Positions 20,234 through 29,217 are shown, counted from the first letter of the stretch. The stretch is DNA of 61,750 nt from a virus (IMGVR_UViG_3300025168_000086:1-61750); one strand, 5' to 3'. Notes: generated by a model from the letters alone, not told the origin. Program-made: numbers and translations.

Positions 20234-21028
20234 ATGCAATCATTCCTAAATTTTTTAGTAGAACAAGAGACCGATCCCTCCATTGTTGGTCCAATGATCA
20301 CTACTCGTGATTATGCTGACAGGATGATGAAACAAGGTGCAAAATTTCTCAAGTACGGAAGAGAAAAAGGTAAACCAGGCTACGATCCAAAGTATGATTA
20401 TGGTGGTGCAGGAGACGTTCCGCGTGACTCAGGTGCATACGGAAGAGTCATGCAAGGTGTTGTCAGGGGAATGATGCGTGACGAAAAAATTGGGGAAGAT
20501 CAACTAGATGATCCTACAAAAAGGGAACAACTCATCACAAGATATCGTGGAGAGAGTCGAGATAACGATTCCCGATATTTCGATGTAATCGATAAAAATT
20601 ACAAGTCAGGTGGAAAAAACTGTGTAGGTTCTTTCTGTGATGCGATCATAAAGGCAGAAACAGGATCATTCAAAGATCCTTTCATACGAACAGTAGGTGT
20701 ACCCGGATCTTCATCCACTGCATATGGTCCCGGTCAAATAACTCTTTCGGATAAAAAAGGCACATTACCAGACATGGTAAGGCGACATCCAGATCTATTC
20801 TCAGATGAAGATCCACGACATGTCCCAGGCGAAGAGTACTCGGATTCAGCTCCGGCTAAAGCCCCGACTGACAGCAGAAAAGAACGTTACGAATATACCG
20901 ATGATCAGGGAAGAACACAAACTCGTGATCCATTTAAATCCTTCCCTAAACCAACTACACCAGAACCAAAGAAACAAAAATATCCCCTTACCACCGCTGG
21001 TAATATAGGGTTTATACCAAACAAATAG
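20234..21028 (+). CDS. putative lysozyme/transglycosylase-fold protein
   Basis: AIIKAETG (catalytic Glu candidate) and STAYGPGQIT hairpin motif; N-terminus MQSFLNFLVE. Confidence 0.5.
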   Translation: MQSFLNFLVEQETDPSIVGPMITTRDYADRMMKQGAKFLKYGREKGKPGYDPKYDYGGAGDVPRDSGAYGRVMQGVVRGMMRDEKIGEDQLDDPTKREQLITRYRGESRDNDSRYFDVIDKNYKSGGKNCVGSFCDAIIKAETGSFKDPFIRTVGVPGSSSTAYGPGQITLSDKKGTLPDMVRRHPDLFSDEDPRHVPGEEYSDSAPAKAPTDSRKERYEYTDDQGRTQTRDPFKSFPKPTTPEPKKQKYPLTTAGNIGFIPNK

Positions 21029-21061
21029 CGCCTTGGGCATCGCTACCTAGGACCGCGCTTA

Positions 21062-21110
21062 AACCCCCACCATTAAACAGAGAGTGATCCGTCTTTGGTG
21101 GGGGTTGTTT
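21062..21110 (+). terminator. stem-loop (terminator-like) with GAGAGTGATCC in the loop
   Basis: AACCCCCACCA/TGGTGGGGGTT 11-bp stem, 23-nt loop, then GTTTT. Confidence 0.6.
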
Positions 21111-21144
21111 TATATATACTGTGTACCATTATAAGGAATATTGT

Positions 21145-21954
21145 ATGTCGCTAGAGAAAGATATTGTAGCACTTCATGAATCAATCGGTGGAAGTGGTAA
21201 ATTTCCAACTAGTGGATTTAAATTAGATCCCGAAACTGGATTCGCAAAATCCAGACAAGGTTCAAACACTGTCCCAAATCCAGCGTCAATGGCAGATGTT
21301 ACACCAGCAGGTTATGAAAAGCATAACATTCTTGGTAAAGAAGTTAGAGTTCCATACTTTGATAATCAAAAGATGCACGGGCGTGGTTCTGGTGATCCTA
21401 TCGGTAAAGGTACTGGTGATCGCAGTTACTATGACATAATTTCTTCTTTCATCGAAAAGATGATTGGAATTGAGGGTGATGCTGAAGGTGATGAGAATAC
21501 CACTACAGATCCTGATTCCGTATCCGCAGAAGAAAGAGAAAGAAAAAGAAATATTAAAAATCCCGACAATCCAATAAATAAAGGTACGAGAGAACTTGAG
21601 TATAAGGGTTACTCGGCCTTGGAAAGTGTTAGACATAACGAAATAAAAAATACCATTCTAGAAAATAAAAGTGGTATTATGAAAGGTATCGGTAGTTTTG
21701 CATTACAGACCGCTGCTCTCAGTGCGCTACAATCCCTACTAGGCATGTCGGATAGTGAAGCGCAGTCTTTTATGGGTAAAAAAACCGTCACCTCTCCGCG
21801 TGGTCCAGAAGAAGTTCTCGCAAAGACAAGAAAACAAAAGTCTATCTCTGGTGGTGAACTTGCTCAAGAAGGACCAAGATCAAAGAGAATTAAAAAGAAA
21901 ATTAAGGGAACACTTGAGTCCAGAAGATCAAAAGAAAGAGCAATGAAGAAATGA
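21145..21954 (+). CDS. hypothetical protein (probable internal virion protein)
   Basis: ORF with AAGGA RBS; one hydrophobic Ala/Leu helix. Confidence 0.7.
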   Translation: MSLEKDIVALHESIGGSGKFPTSGFKLDPETGFAKSRQGSNTVPNPASMADVTPAGYEKHNILGKEVRVPYFDNQKMHGRGSGDPIGKGTGDRSYYDIISSFIEKMIGIEGDAEGDENTTTDPDSVSAEERERKRNIKNPDNPINKGTRELEYKGYSALESVRHNEIKNTILENKSGIMKGIGSFALQTAALSALQSLLGMSDSEAQSFMGKKTVTSPRGPEEVLAKTRKQKSISGGELAQEGPRSKRIKKKIKGTLESRRSKERAMKK

Positions 21955-23354
21955 ATCGATTTCAAAAATATCGTGAAATAATGGAACGACAAGATGAGTA
22001 TGGGTATACTGACGATCAGGGCAGACAGCAAACTCGAAATCCCTTTGCTATGTACCCGGATCCACAGTCTATAAAGAATCCCACGGATCAACCCAACGCA
22101 GTAAATCCAAGCTCAACTGCTACCGATAGAATGACTCCAGACATGCAGCAGAGCATGATGAACAAGTTCCTATCCTCAAAAGGTGTAGAGTTAACCACCG
22201 ATTATGATGCTAGACAACTTGCTCTCACGGGAGCGGGTATGACTCCAGCGGTTGGTGCTCCAGCCGATTTTGCTGCATTTGTTGATTCTCTTGTGAATCT
22301 AAAACTTGGTGATGCTGGTATGAATCTTGCTGCTATGGTTCCTGGCGCCGGGCAAGCCGCTGGTGGAATAAAACTTTCAGCGGCAGCAGCACCACTACTT
22401 GCGACAATAAAAAGAGCACCCGGTCGTGTAGATGATGCAGCAGATTTAACTAAAACACGCCGCGCTGGTCGCAACTATGACTCACCAACTACACCATCTG
22501 CATCTCCTCGCAATCCAGACGCTCCCGGTCAACAAAAGATGCCCGGATTCGGTACGAGTAGAATGACACCACAAGATAGAGCTAGAATTTCAAGAGGTAC
22601 GGCTGAATACGATAAATTAACTGATACAAAAACATTGGATGCAGTCCTGAAAGATATATTCCCTGCTAAACCTAAACCAGCAACTCAAACCGCTCTGAGA
22701 ATGGATCCTGTAAAACGGGCTGTGACTCGTGCAGTACCACGGGTTACTCCCCTAGTTGCTCCCGAAACCGCAATTGCACCTGAAACTGCTACTAGCCCTG
22801 CACCATCTTCTACTTCTACTAGCACTGCTACTAGCACTACTACTTCAACTAGCCCTGCTCCATCACCACAAAGAACACCAGTAATGCCACGCACTGGTCA
22901 AGAATCAGATGTTGAACCGACAATTCGTAGGGATAATCAAGATATGATTCCCCCCGATACGAAAAAGGATAAAAAGTCTCGAACTGGCAATACTAGATTA
23001 GTTTCTCCAAGAGGGTTCCGTGAGGGAATAATGGATATAAACTTTGGCTCTCAAGTAGCTCCAATACTAAACGAAAATAAAAAACTAAGTGATTTAATGG
23101 ATAAGATGCCCAAAGGAAAAGCAGCCACCACAGGTGCAATTTTAGCTGCTATACTTGGACTTTCGGCTGCTGCTGGTTTTGGTCAACGAAATCGTGGTGG
23201 TGGAGGTTCTGGAGTATCAGACGTAATCAGCACACTAGGTGATGCAAGTCTGATTGCAGGAGTAGGTGGTTTAGATAAATTAAAATCACTGAGTGGATTT
23301 GATCCTAAAATTATGCCCAAAGTCGCAGGAATCGACGCAGTAACTTCGAGGTAA
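21951..23354 (+). CDS. hypothetical protein with pre-toxin-TG-like hairpin and Thr/Ser/Pro linker
   Basis: GAGMTPAVGAPAD...GDAGMNLAAMVPGAG; hydrophobic C-terminal helix. Confidence 0.65.
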   Translation: MNRFQKYREIMERQDEYGYTDDQGRQQTRNPFAMYPDPQSIKNPTDQPNAVNPSSTATDRMTPDMQQSMMNKFLSSKGVELTTDYDARQLALTGAGMTPAVGAPADFAAFVDSLVNLKLGDAGMNLAAMVPGAGQAAGGIKLSAAAAPLLATIKRAPGRVDDAADLTKTRRAGRNYDSPTTPSASPRNPDAPGQQKMPGFGTSRMTPQDRARISRGTAEYDKLTDTKTLDAVLKDIFPAKPKPATQTALRMDPVKRAVTRAVPRVTPLVAPETAIAPETATSPAPSSTSTSTATSTTTSTSPAPSPQRTPVMPRTGQESDVEPTIRRDNQDMIPPDTKKDKKSRTGNTRLVSPRGFREGIMDINFGSQVAPILNENKKLSDLMDKMPKGKAATTGAILAAILGLSAAAGFGQRNRGGGGSGVSDVISTLGDASLIAGVGGLDKLKSLSGFDPKIMPKVAGIDAVTSR

Positions 23355-23359
23355 CCTAA

Positions 23360-24067
23360 ATGACAATAAACAAAAAAAATCTAAATGAATTTGTCAAACC
23401 AACAATCACAGCCGCAAATGATGCAAAAGAGGAACTGGGAGATTACCTACTTTCTACCTCAGTTTCAGATCGAGCGAAAAAATCAGGCCAATTAAGTCAG
23501 TATTACAAAAGAGGTCTCGAAGCAGCTCTAGCTAAACGAGCTACATCTCTGTATGGATCACGCGGTGCAGTTCGGGGTGCTCAAGGTCTTGGACTCGCAG
23601 GCGCTGTAGCTGCTCAATTCATGGGTAAAAAGGGCAAGACTAAAAAGATTACTGCTGCGAAAGTCGCCGGTAAGGGGCTTGCTGGTGGTATCTTAGGATC
23701 TGTCATCGGTGCTGGTATTGGAACGTATGATCCAGAAACAGGAATGGCTGTTGGTCCTGGCGCCGCTGCTTTTGCACTCGCTGGTTTGGGGAGACGAGGA
23801 TTATCAGCTCGATCAGCGAGTAGAGCCGGAAAGAAATCAGCTATGGCATCTGGCTTCAAATATAAAGGAACCGGATCTAAGGCTACAGAAATTAGTCAAA
23901 AATCATCCGCCAAATATGCAGGCGCTGCGGGTTCTATCGCAGCAGTTCTTGCTGGTAAGTTCTACGGATACCATTCGGATAGATTTGAAAAGGCAAAACA
24001 AGGGCAAACTGATCCATATCTTGGAAGAGTAACATCGTCCCCCGGAATCCCCGGATATAATCGTTGA
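23360..24067 (+). CDS. Gly/Ala-rich glycine-zipper protein
   Basis: GLAGGILGSVIGAGIG and related helices interspersed with basic patches. Confidence 0.7.
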   Translation: MTINKKNLNEFVKPTITAANDAKEELGDYLLSTSVSDRAKKSGQLSQYYKRGLEAALAKRATSLYGSRGAVRGAQGLGLAGAVAAQFMGKKGKTKKITAAKVAGKGLAGGILGSVIGAGIGTYDPETGMAVGPGAAAFALAGLGRRGLSARSASRAGKKSAMASGFKYKGTGSKATEISQKSSAKYAGAAGSIAAVLAGKFYGYHSDRFEKAKQGQTDPYLGRVTSSPGIPGYNR

Positions 24068-24130
24068 GATTATTATAACGTATACATATAAAGTAATCCT
24101 AAACTCATAGATCCCCCAAAGGAAAAAACC

Positions 24131-24475
24131 ATGTTTTCAGATAAAGCAACCAAGGACTTAGCAAAGACCGCATTCCAAATAATGACAAAGCACACCGAAG
24201 AGCGAGAGACGGCTCCACAAGAAGATTTAAGTGAATCAACTCAGATTGACGAAGTAAATAATTTAGCTGAACTCATTGACTCGCTATTGATCGAAGGAAT
24301 TGCACAATATATCGGCTTATTCGAAGAGGAAGTAAAGAGAGAACTCAACGAAGAAGAAATCACCGAAATGACAAACAACATCATGGAAGAAATTGAACAG
24401 ATGAGTGATGAGCAAAAGATTCAACTAGGCGAATCGCTCATTGAAGCTCACAGAAATTCATTGACTGAAGACTGA
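24131..24475 (+). CDS. acidic helical hypothetical protein
   Basis: Glu-rich ORF with AAGGA RBS. Confidence 0.7.
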   Translation: MFSDKATKDLAKTAFQIMTKHTEERETAPQEDLSESTQIDEVNNLAELIDSLLIEGIAQYIGLFEEEVKRELNEEEITEMTNNIMEEIEQMSDEQKIQLGESLIEAHRNSLTED

Positions 24476-24488
24476 ATTCTGTTATAAT
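24461..24488 (+). promoter_or_regulatory. sigma70-type promoter with extended -10, probably leaderless
   Basis: TTGACT-16 nt-TATAAT with TGn; ATG at 24495 6 nt downstream. Confidence 0.8.
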
Positions 24489-24494
24489 TACATT

Positions 24495-25169
24495 ATGCAA
24501 TTCAACCATGTGACACAATCTAAGATCTTAGAAGATATATCTGCTGTTACTACCGATAATGGCAGATATTATCTTTCACCCACCGGTAAAAATCTACCCA
24601 GCGTAACTACTGTTACGGGTTGGAAAAAGTCCAGATTCTTTGCGAAGTGGAGGAGAGATAACCCAAAAGAAGCTAAACGAGTTACTGTAAGAGGAAATGA
24701 GTTCCATGCTCTTATAGAAAAGTATTTGTATAATAATCTAAATCTGTGTGATGAGATCATGGACATAGACAAAGATCTACTGACTTTGTTTAATCAATTG
24801 AAACCAGAACTGGACAAGATAGATAACATCAGAGGTCTAGAAAGCGGTCTATACAGTGACACAGTAGGTCTAGCTGGTAGAGCAGACTGTGTTGCTGAAT
24901 ATGATGGACAGTTATCGATTATTGACTTCAAGGGATCAACGAGAACAAAACGTCTTCGAGATATTGATAACTATTACCTACAAGCAACTGCATACGCTTT
25001 GATGTGGCAGGATATCTACGGAGAGGAAATACCATACTTCAACATACTAATTAGTTGTGAAGATGGTAATTCTCAGGTATTTACTGGTAGAACTATGGAT
25101 TATACTAAAAAACTACATGCAACGATACGAGAATACCATGAAGAACACACAAATCTCTTCTCACATTGA
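24495..25169 (+). CDS. PD-(D/E)XK Cas4-like exonuclease
   Basis: LPSVTTV, RGNEFH, AGRADC, IIDFKGS, YYLQATAYA. Confidence 0.88.
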   Translation: MQFNHVTQSKILEDISAVTTDNGRYYLSPTGKNLPSVTTVTGWKKSRFFAKWRRDNPKEAKRVTVRGNEFHALIEKYLYNNLNLCDEIMDIDKDLLTLFNQLKPELDKIDNIRGLESGLYSDTVGLAGRADCVAEYDGQLSIIDFKGSTRTKRLRDIDNYYLQATAYALMWQDIYGEEIPYFNILISCEDGNSQVFTGRTMDYTKKLHATIREYHEEHTNLFSH

Positions 25170-25527
25170 AGCTTCTGCTTTTGGTAGAGCTTCACTTAGA
25201 AATACAATAGAAAATCTAGAAAAACATCAGGGTATAGAATCAAACTTAAGTCTTCTGAAAAAAACATTCAGGCAAGTATTTGGATTTCTCTCTGTGTTGG
25301 ACGTAAACCCCAAATCGGCACAGTTCCTCGCTGATTTTGTTCGATCATACAGAAAAACAAAATCATATCCTTTGACATATAAGGGGTTCCGCTCTTGGAC
25401 TAAAACACAGAAAGAAAAAGAAAGAGAAATAAAGCTCCTCAATAGATTCAAACGAGAAGTGAATGGAGTATTTGCTGCATACACTTTGTTGTGTAGAATT
25501 CAACATGATTTGGATAAAACTAAATGA
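25138..25527 (+). CDS. hypothetical protein
   Basis: ORF; start uncertain. Confidence 0.55.
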   Translation: MKNTQISSHIEASAFGRASLRNTIENLEKHQGIESNLSLLKKTFRQVFGFLSVLDVNPKSAQFLADFVRSYRKTKSYPLTYKGFRSWTKTQKEKEREIKLLNRFKREVNGVFAAYTLLCRIQHDLDKTK

Positions 25528-26015
25528 GTGATATGTTCTCCCGTGTAAATATTCCAAACACTATGGAATGGTGTAAATTCAACGACAATTCAAAAGCGGC
25601 TGGATTCCGTCAAATGTTTACGAAGAAATACGGTGGGGAATTCAGATATAATGGTAAGTGGTATCAGTGGGTAGCACCTAATGACATAACATTACAACCA
25701 CCAAATACAATGATGCGTCCAAATCAAGCTCAGGTACACTTTTCAAATAAACAAGACGTTGTAAAAGAGCCGGAAATTGAGTATGATCCAAAAGAGGCGT
25801 TTAAATCCAGAGTAACTATAGATTTAGAAAAAAAATCCGAGTTTAAGCAAAAAAGTTTATATATAATTGTGGATCCGGAAGGAAATGAAACTGAAATTGA
25901 AAACTTCAGTAAATTTTGTCGGGATCATAATCTTAATAAATCAGCGATGTACGAGGTAGCGCGGGGAAAACGCAAACACCACAAAAAGTACACATGCAGA
26001 AAGAAGGAGTATTAA
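25524..26015 (+). CDS. hypothetical protein with C-terminal NUMOD1/HTH-like DNA-binding domain
   Basis: DPEG..IENFSKFCRDHNLNKSAMYEVARGKRKHHKKY. Confidence 0.65.
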   Translation: MSDMFSRVNIPNTMEWCKFNDNSKAAGFRQMFTKKYGGEFRYNGKWYQWVAPNDITLQPPNTMMRPNQAQVHFSNKQDVVKEPEIEYDPKEAFKSRVTIDLEKKSEFKQKSLYIIVDPEGNETEIENFSKFCRDHNLNKSAMYEVARGKRKHHKKYTCRKKEY

Positions 26016-26016
26016 A

Positions 26017-26145
26017 ATGCAAGAATTTTTTAGCGGAACCCTAGGAACAATCTTTTACAGTATAGTAATTTTTGTTGCAGGAGCATTGATTGGTACTCCA
26101 CTCTGGAATTGGACAAAAAATTATTTACCATGGAATAAAGACTGA
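26017..26145 (+). CDS. 42-aa membrane peptide (MQEFFSGTLGTIFYSIVIFVAGALIG...PWNKD)
   Basis: AAGGAG RBS; single TM segment; translated by hand. Confidence 0.7.
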   Translation: MQEFFSGTLGTIFYSIVIFVAGALIGTPLWNWTKNYLPWNKD

Positions 26146-26150
26146 TCTAC

Positions 26151-26260
26151 TATTCGTGTTGAGTTGAGGTATTTCAAAGTACTTTAGCACACGGATAGGG
26201 GGTGATCCAGTCTCAATGAACCCTTTAATATAAAAAGCCTCAAAGCTCAACACGAGTATA
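26151..26260 (+). ncRNA. candidate structured RNA: long stem enclosing a GGATAGGGGGTGATCCAG loop motif
   Basis: TATTCGTGTTGAGTTGAGGT pairs with GCCTCAAAGCTCAACACGAGTA; mismatches are G-U on the + strand. Confidence 0.55.
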
Positions 26261-26291
26261 GGAGAGTCCTTCGGGACTCTCCGTTTTTTTT
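26261..26291 (+). terminator. Rho-independent terminator
   Basis: GGAGAGTCC-TTCG-GGACTCTCC followed by T-tract. Confidence 0.92.
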
Positions 26292-26298
26292 ATAAATA
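26291..26298 (+). promoter_or_regulatory. T4 late promoter TATAAATA
   Basis: Perfect consensus upstream of the GGAG RBS of ORF 26320. Confidence 0.85.
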
Positions 26299-26319
26299 TA
26301 CTAGCTATATGGAGTTATT

Positions 26320-29217
26320 ATGTCGGAAATAAGCTTTACAGTAGGGCGTTATCATGGACTTACGAATTCACACCATGGTGTGTTTAATACAATGCCAGAA
26401 GATCACAGTAAATTTATTTTTGTGACACAGAAGCATGATCCCAAAGATCCTCGATACCCACTCCCAGTAAAACACAGAGAAAAAGCAATAAAAGAAGTTG
26501 CCCCAAAGGACACTTCGGTTGTTCCGGTTCAGAGTGCGTACCATGCGTTCGAACATGCCGTCGATCATGCAAGAAAAAATAATATCAACACAGTCAATGT
26601 TCATGTTGGTGATGATCGAGGAACCGAAATGAACAGACTTGCAGGGCATAAAGACTTCAATGGCATAAATATTAATGTGCGTCCAATAGAAAGAGGAAGT
26701 CTGGGTGGACACTCAGGTACAGCGTTACGTGATGCAGCAAGAGCAGGGAATACCAAGCAAGTAAATAGCATGATGGCTCCAGTAAGCGATAAAACCAAAA
26801 AGGAATTCATAAAGCATATGCAAAAAACAAATGAAAATTTCGATCATGAAAACATTCCAACTTGGTTTAATCTGGAGGAGTTCTATGCGTTTGCTGATGC
26901 ATATGATGGAGTGAGTGAACTCATCACCGAACAGGAGATGACAAAGGAAAAACCACTAACTCGTCAGATGAAGCTGGACGATGCAAGAAGTAACCCTGAT
27001 GGCGACGAAACAGTAGATAGAGATAGAAAACGAACAGATAGAGCTGCATCTAGAGATAATATGAAAACAAATCCATGGCCTGAACTAGCTATTGTTAGAA
27101 CCACACAGGATGGTAAACTTCGCATTATCCCCAAAGCTGATTTTAGTTACAAAAAACATGAACTAGTCACTGGTAACATCAAGGGACTCCCCCCACGAGG
27201 AGAAGTAACTCCCCAGACCACATTCTCAGTGATGCAAGAACCAGACTTCGAGCAATCTAAAACATCAAAACGTTTAATTCAGATGTTTGGTTTAGACTCA
27301 CCACAGATGGGTGGAGGGCAAGCAGCTCCAGAAGGTCAAGCGGTAACTGCTGATCCAGAAGTAGCTCCAATGAATCCAATGATGATGGGACCACCCCCAC
27401 AACCACCAAGGTTACCACCTGACGGAAAAGAGATAACAGGGAAGGGATCAATAAACCCAGACTGGGATCACAGTGTCAATGATATTGACGCTGGTATTGT
27501 ACACGCATGGAACCAAGCAACAGGAAATAATCCATTCAACGGATTACTTGCAGACAACGATCTCAATAAAGTTGGTGAAAGTGAAACGCTAGAAGCTGCC
27601 GGGTTCAGAGCAATAGAAAAAATTATGCAAAAAGTTCCAGCAAACTTCGAAGCGATCATGCTAACACCCGGAGAACAGAAAGTAAACACTAATTGGAGCG
27701 ATATTGGTGGTATGGACAATACACCAGCAACCAATGTTTACTTCAAACCAAAAGATAAAAAGGATACTGCGCAAGAAGTAATTAAAGCCACAATGAAAAT
27801 TGGTATGGCTAAGATTATATCAGATCCAATTGCAAATGGACCTCCTCTTTTTAATGCGGTTTCCATGTCAGATGTTGGTCAGTCATTAGCACAGAATACC
27901 AAAGTGAAAGAGTTTGTTAAAAATACAACAAAGAAATTAAATGAAAGTTTCGTATCATTAGCCGCTGTTCAAGCAAAAACTGAAAGAGAAAAAAAGAACA
28001 CAATTGATGAGTTACCAGAAGTGGCAGAAGCACAAAGAATGTCAAATGAAATATCTTCTGGTATAGAAAATATATTCACTCAAGATAAAAACTTCAAAAA
28101 AGAAATCACTAGAGAATCTCTGACGGGTGAATTGAAATTTGGTGCTGATTCAATCGCCTCAGCAAACTCAATCATAAGTGGAAATAAAGATGGGACAAAC
28201 ACAAATCTAGTTCCTATCACCGACGAATATATTGAGATGATATCCAAAATCCCTAGAATGATGTTGGCTTTCAAATCACCAATGTTTGATTTAGATGTGC
28301 CACAATCAGAGCAAGAATCACAATCCTTTAACTATAGAACTGCGTTACAAATGCAGTCGGGTAAAAACTTACAGCCAGTTCCAATGGAACAAAATAAAAT
28401 CAACCTTAAGAATATGATTTCTTTGAAAGAAGAAGACGGTGGTGGTGATGGTGTTGGTGATGCTGGTTCAGTGGGAGCTGCCGGATATGGTATGAGTGAT
28501 TATGATCCTGATATTCAAAGATATGATGATACTACTACAAACTATACCGAACCATCTTATACTGGTCAATTTAAAGACTATGGTACAGGAAATTCACAAG
28601 AGTACCTAAGATCGGCTATTGAAAATATCGGTGATGATGTATTTAAATTAATGGAATTTATGCAACTTGGTGTGGAGAGTATCGATACCGAACCAATTAA
28701 TTTCGCAGAATATACCATGGACAAATCTACAAAATACAACGAAATTGAAATGAACGGTAAAAAGATAAGGATCCCTATAGATCCTAACTTTGAAATGATC
28801 ACAACCGAAGAAGTTGAGTATATCGACACTATGTTTGATCTAATCATAATGGAAAGAAACTATAAAAGAGAATATGAAACTTTTCATGGTAAACCAGAGC
28901 AACGAAAAAGAAGATCTAAACGAGTTCTTGCAAGAAGAAAATTAGAAAAAGAGGGTAGAGTAACTAAAGGTGATAACAAAGATGTTGATCACAAAAAACC
29001 ACTAAGAAATGGTGGTACTAATTCGGATTCCAATCTAAGAGTTCGCGATAGGAGTTCTAATCGAGCAGAGAACGGCAAAAGAAAATCTGTACGAGAAGAA
29101 CACGGAGCCGGAGAAGAAGGTACGACAAACTTACTCAATAAATATATACAAGGCACCCCCGGTCAATTTTTAAAAAAGAAGAAAAAAGGTGAATCAAAAC
29201 CATGTCAGAAGAAATGA
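26320..29217 (+). CDS. multidomain protein: N-terminal cytidyltransferase-like domain, unknown middle, C-terminal HNH domain
   Basis: FTVGRY...VGDDR...SGTALRDAARAGN; RNYKREY...DVDHKKPLRNGGTNSDSNLRV; EEHGAGEEGT...TPGQ tail. Confidence 0.75.
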   Translation: MSEISFTVGRYHGLTNSHHGVFNTMPEDHSKFIFVTQKHDPKDPRYPLPVKHREKAIKEVAPKDTSVVPVQSAYHAFEHAVDHARKNNINTVNVHVGDDRGTEMNRLAGHKDFNGININVRPIERGSLGGHSGTALRDAARAGNTKQVNSMMAPVSDKTKKEFIKHMQKTNENFDHENIPTWFNLEEFYAFADAYDGVSELITEQEMTKEKPLTRQMKLDDARSNPDGDETVDRDRKRTDRAASRDNMKTNPWPELAIVRTTQDGKLRIIPKADFSYKKHELVTGNIKGLPPRGEVTPQTTFSVMQEPDFEQSKTSKRLIQMFGLDSPQMGGGQAAPEGQAVTADPEVAPMNPMMMGPPPQPPRLPPDGKEITGKGSINPDWDHSVNDIDAGIVHAWNQATGNNPFNGLLADNDLNKVGESETLEAAGFRAIEKIMQKVPANFEAIMLTPGEQKVNTNWSDIGGMDNTPATNVYFKPKDKKDTAQEVIKATMKIGMAKIISDPIANGPPLFNAVSMSDVGQSLAQNTKVKEFVKNTTKKLNESFVSLAAVQAKTEREKKNTIDELPEVAEAQRMSNEISSGIENIFTQDKNFKKEITRESLTGELKFGADSIASANSIISGNKDGTNTNLVPITDEYIEMISKIPRMMLAFKSPMFDLDVPQSEQESQSFNYRTALQMQSGKNLQPVPMEQNKINLKNMISLKEEDGGGDGVGDAGSVGAAGYGMSDYDPDIQRYDDTTTNYTEPSYTGQFKDYGTGNSQEYLRSAIENIGDDVFKLMEFMQLGVESIDTEPINFAEYTMDKSTKYNEIEMNGKKIRIPIDPNFEMITTEEVEYIDTMFDLIIMERNYKREYETFHGKPEQRKRRSKRVLARRKLEKEGRVTKGDNKDVDHKKPLRNGGTNSDSNLRVRDRSSNRAENGKRKSVREEHGAGEEGTTNLLNKYIQGTPGQFLKKKKKGESKPCQKK

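Noticed and set aside
21029-21110. tRNA gene
   Set aside because: No TTC T-loop or cloverleaf could be built
24495-25169. Cas4 as part of a CRISPR system
   Set aside because: No repeat-spacer array or other cas genes; solo Cas4-like exonucleases are common in T4-like phages
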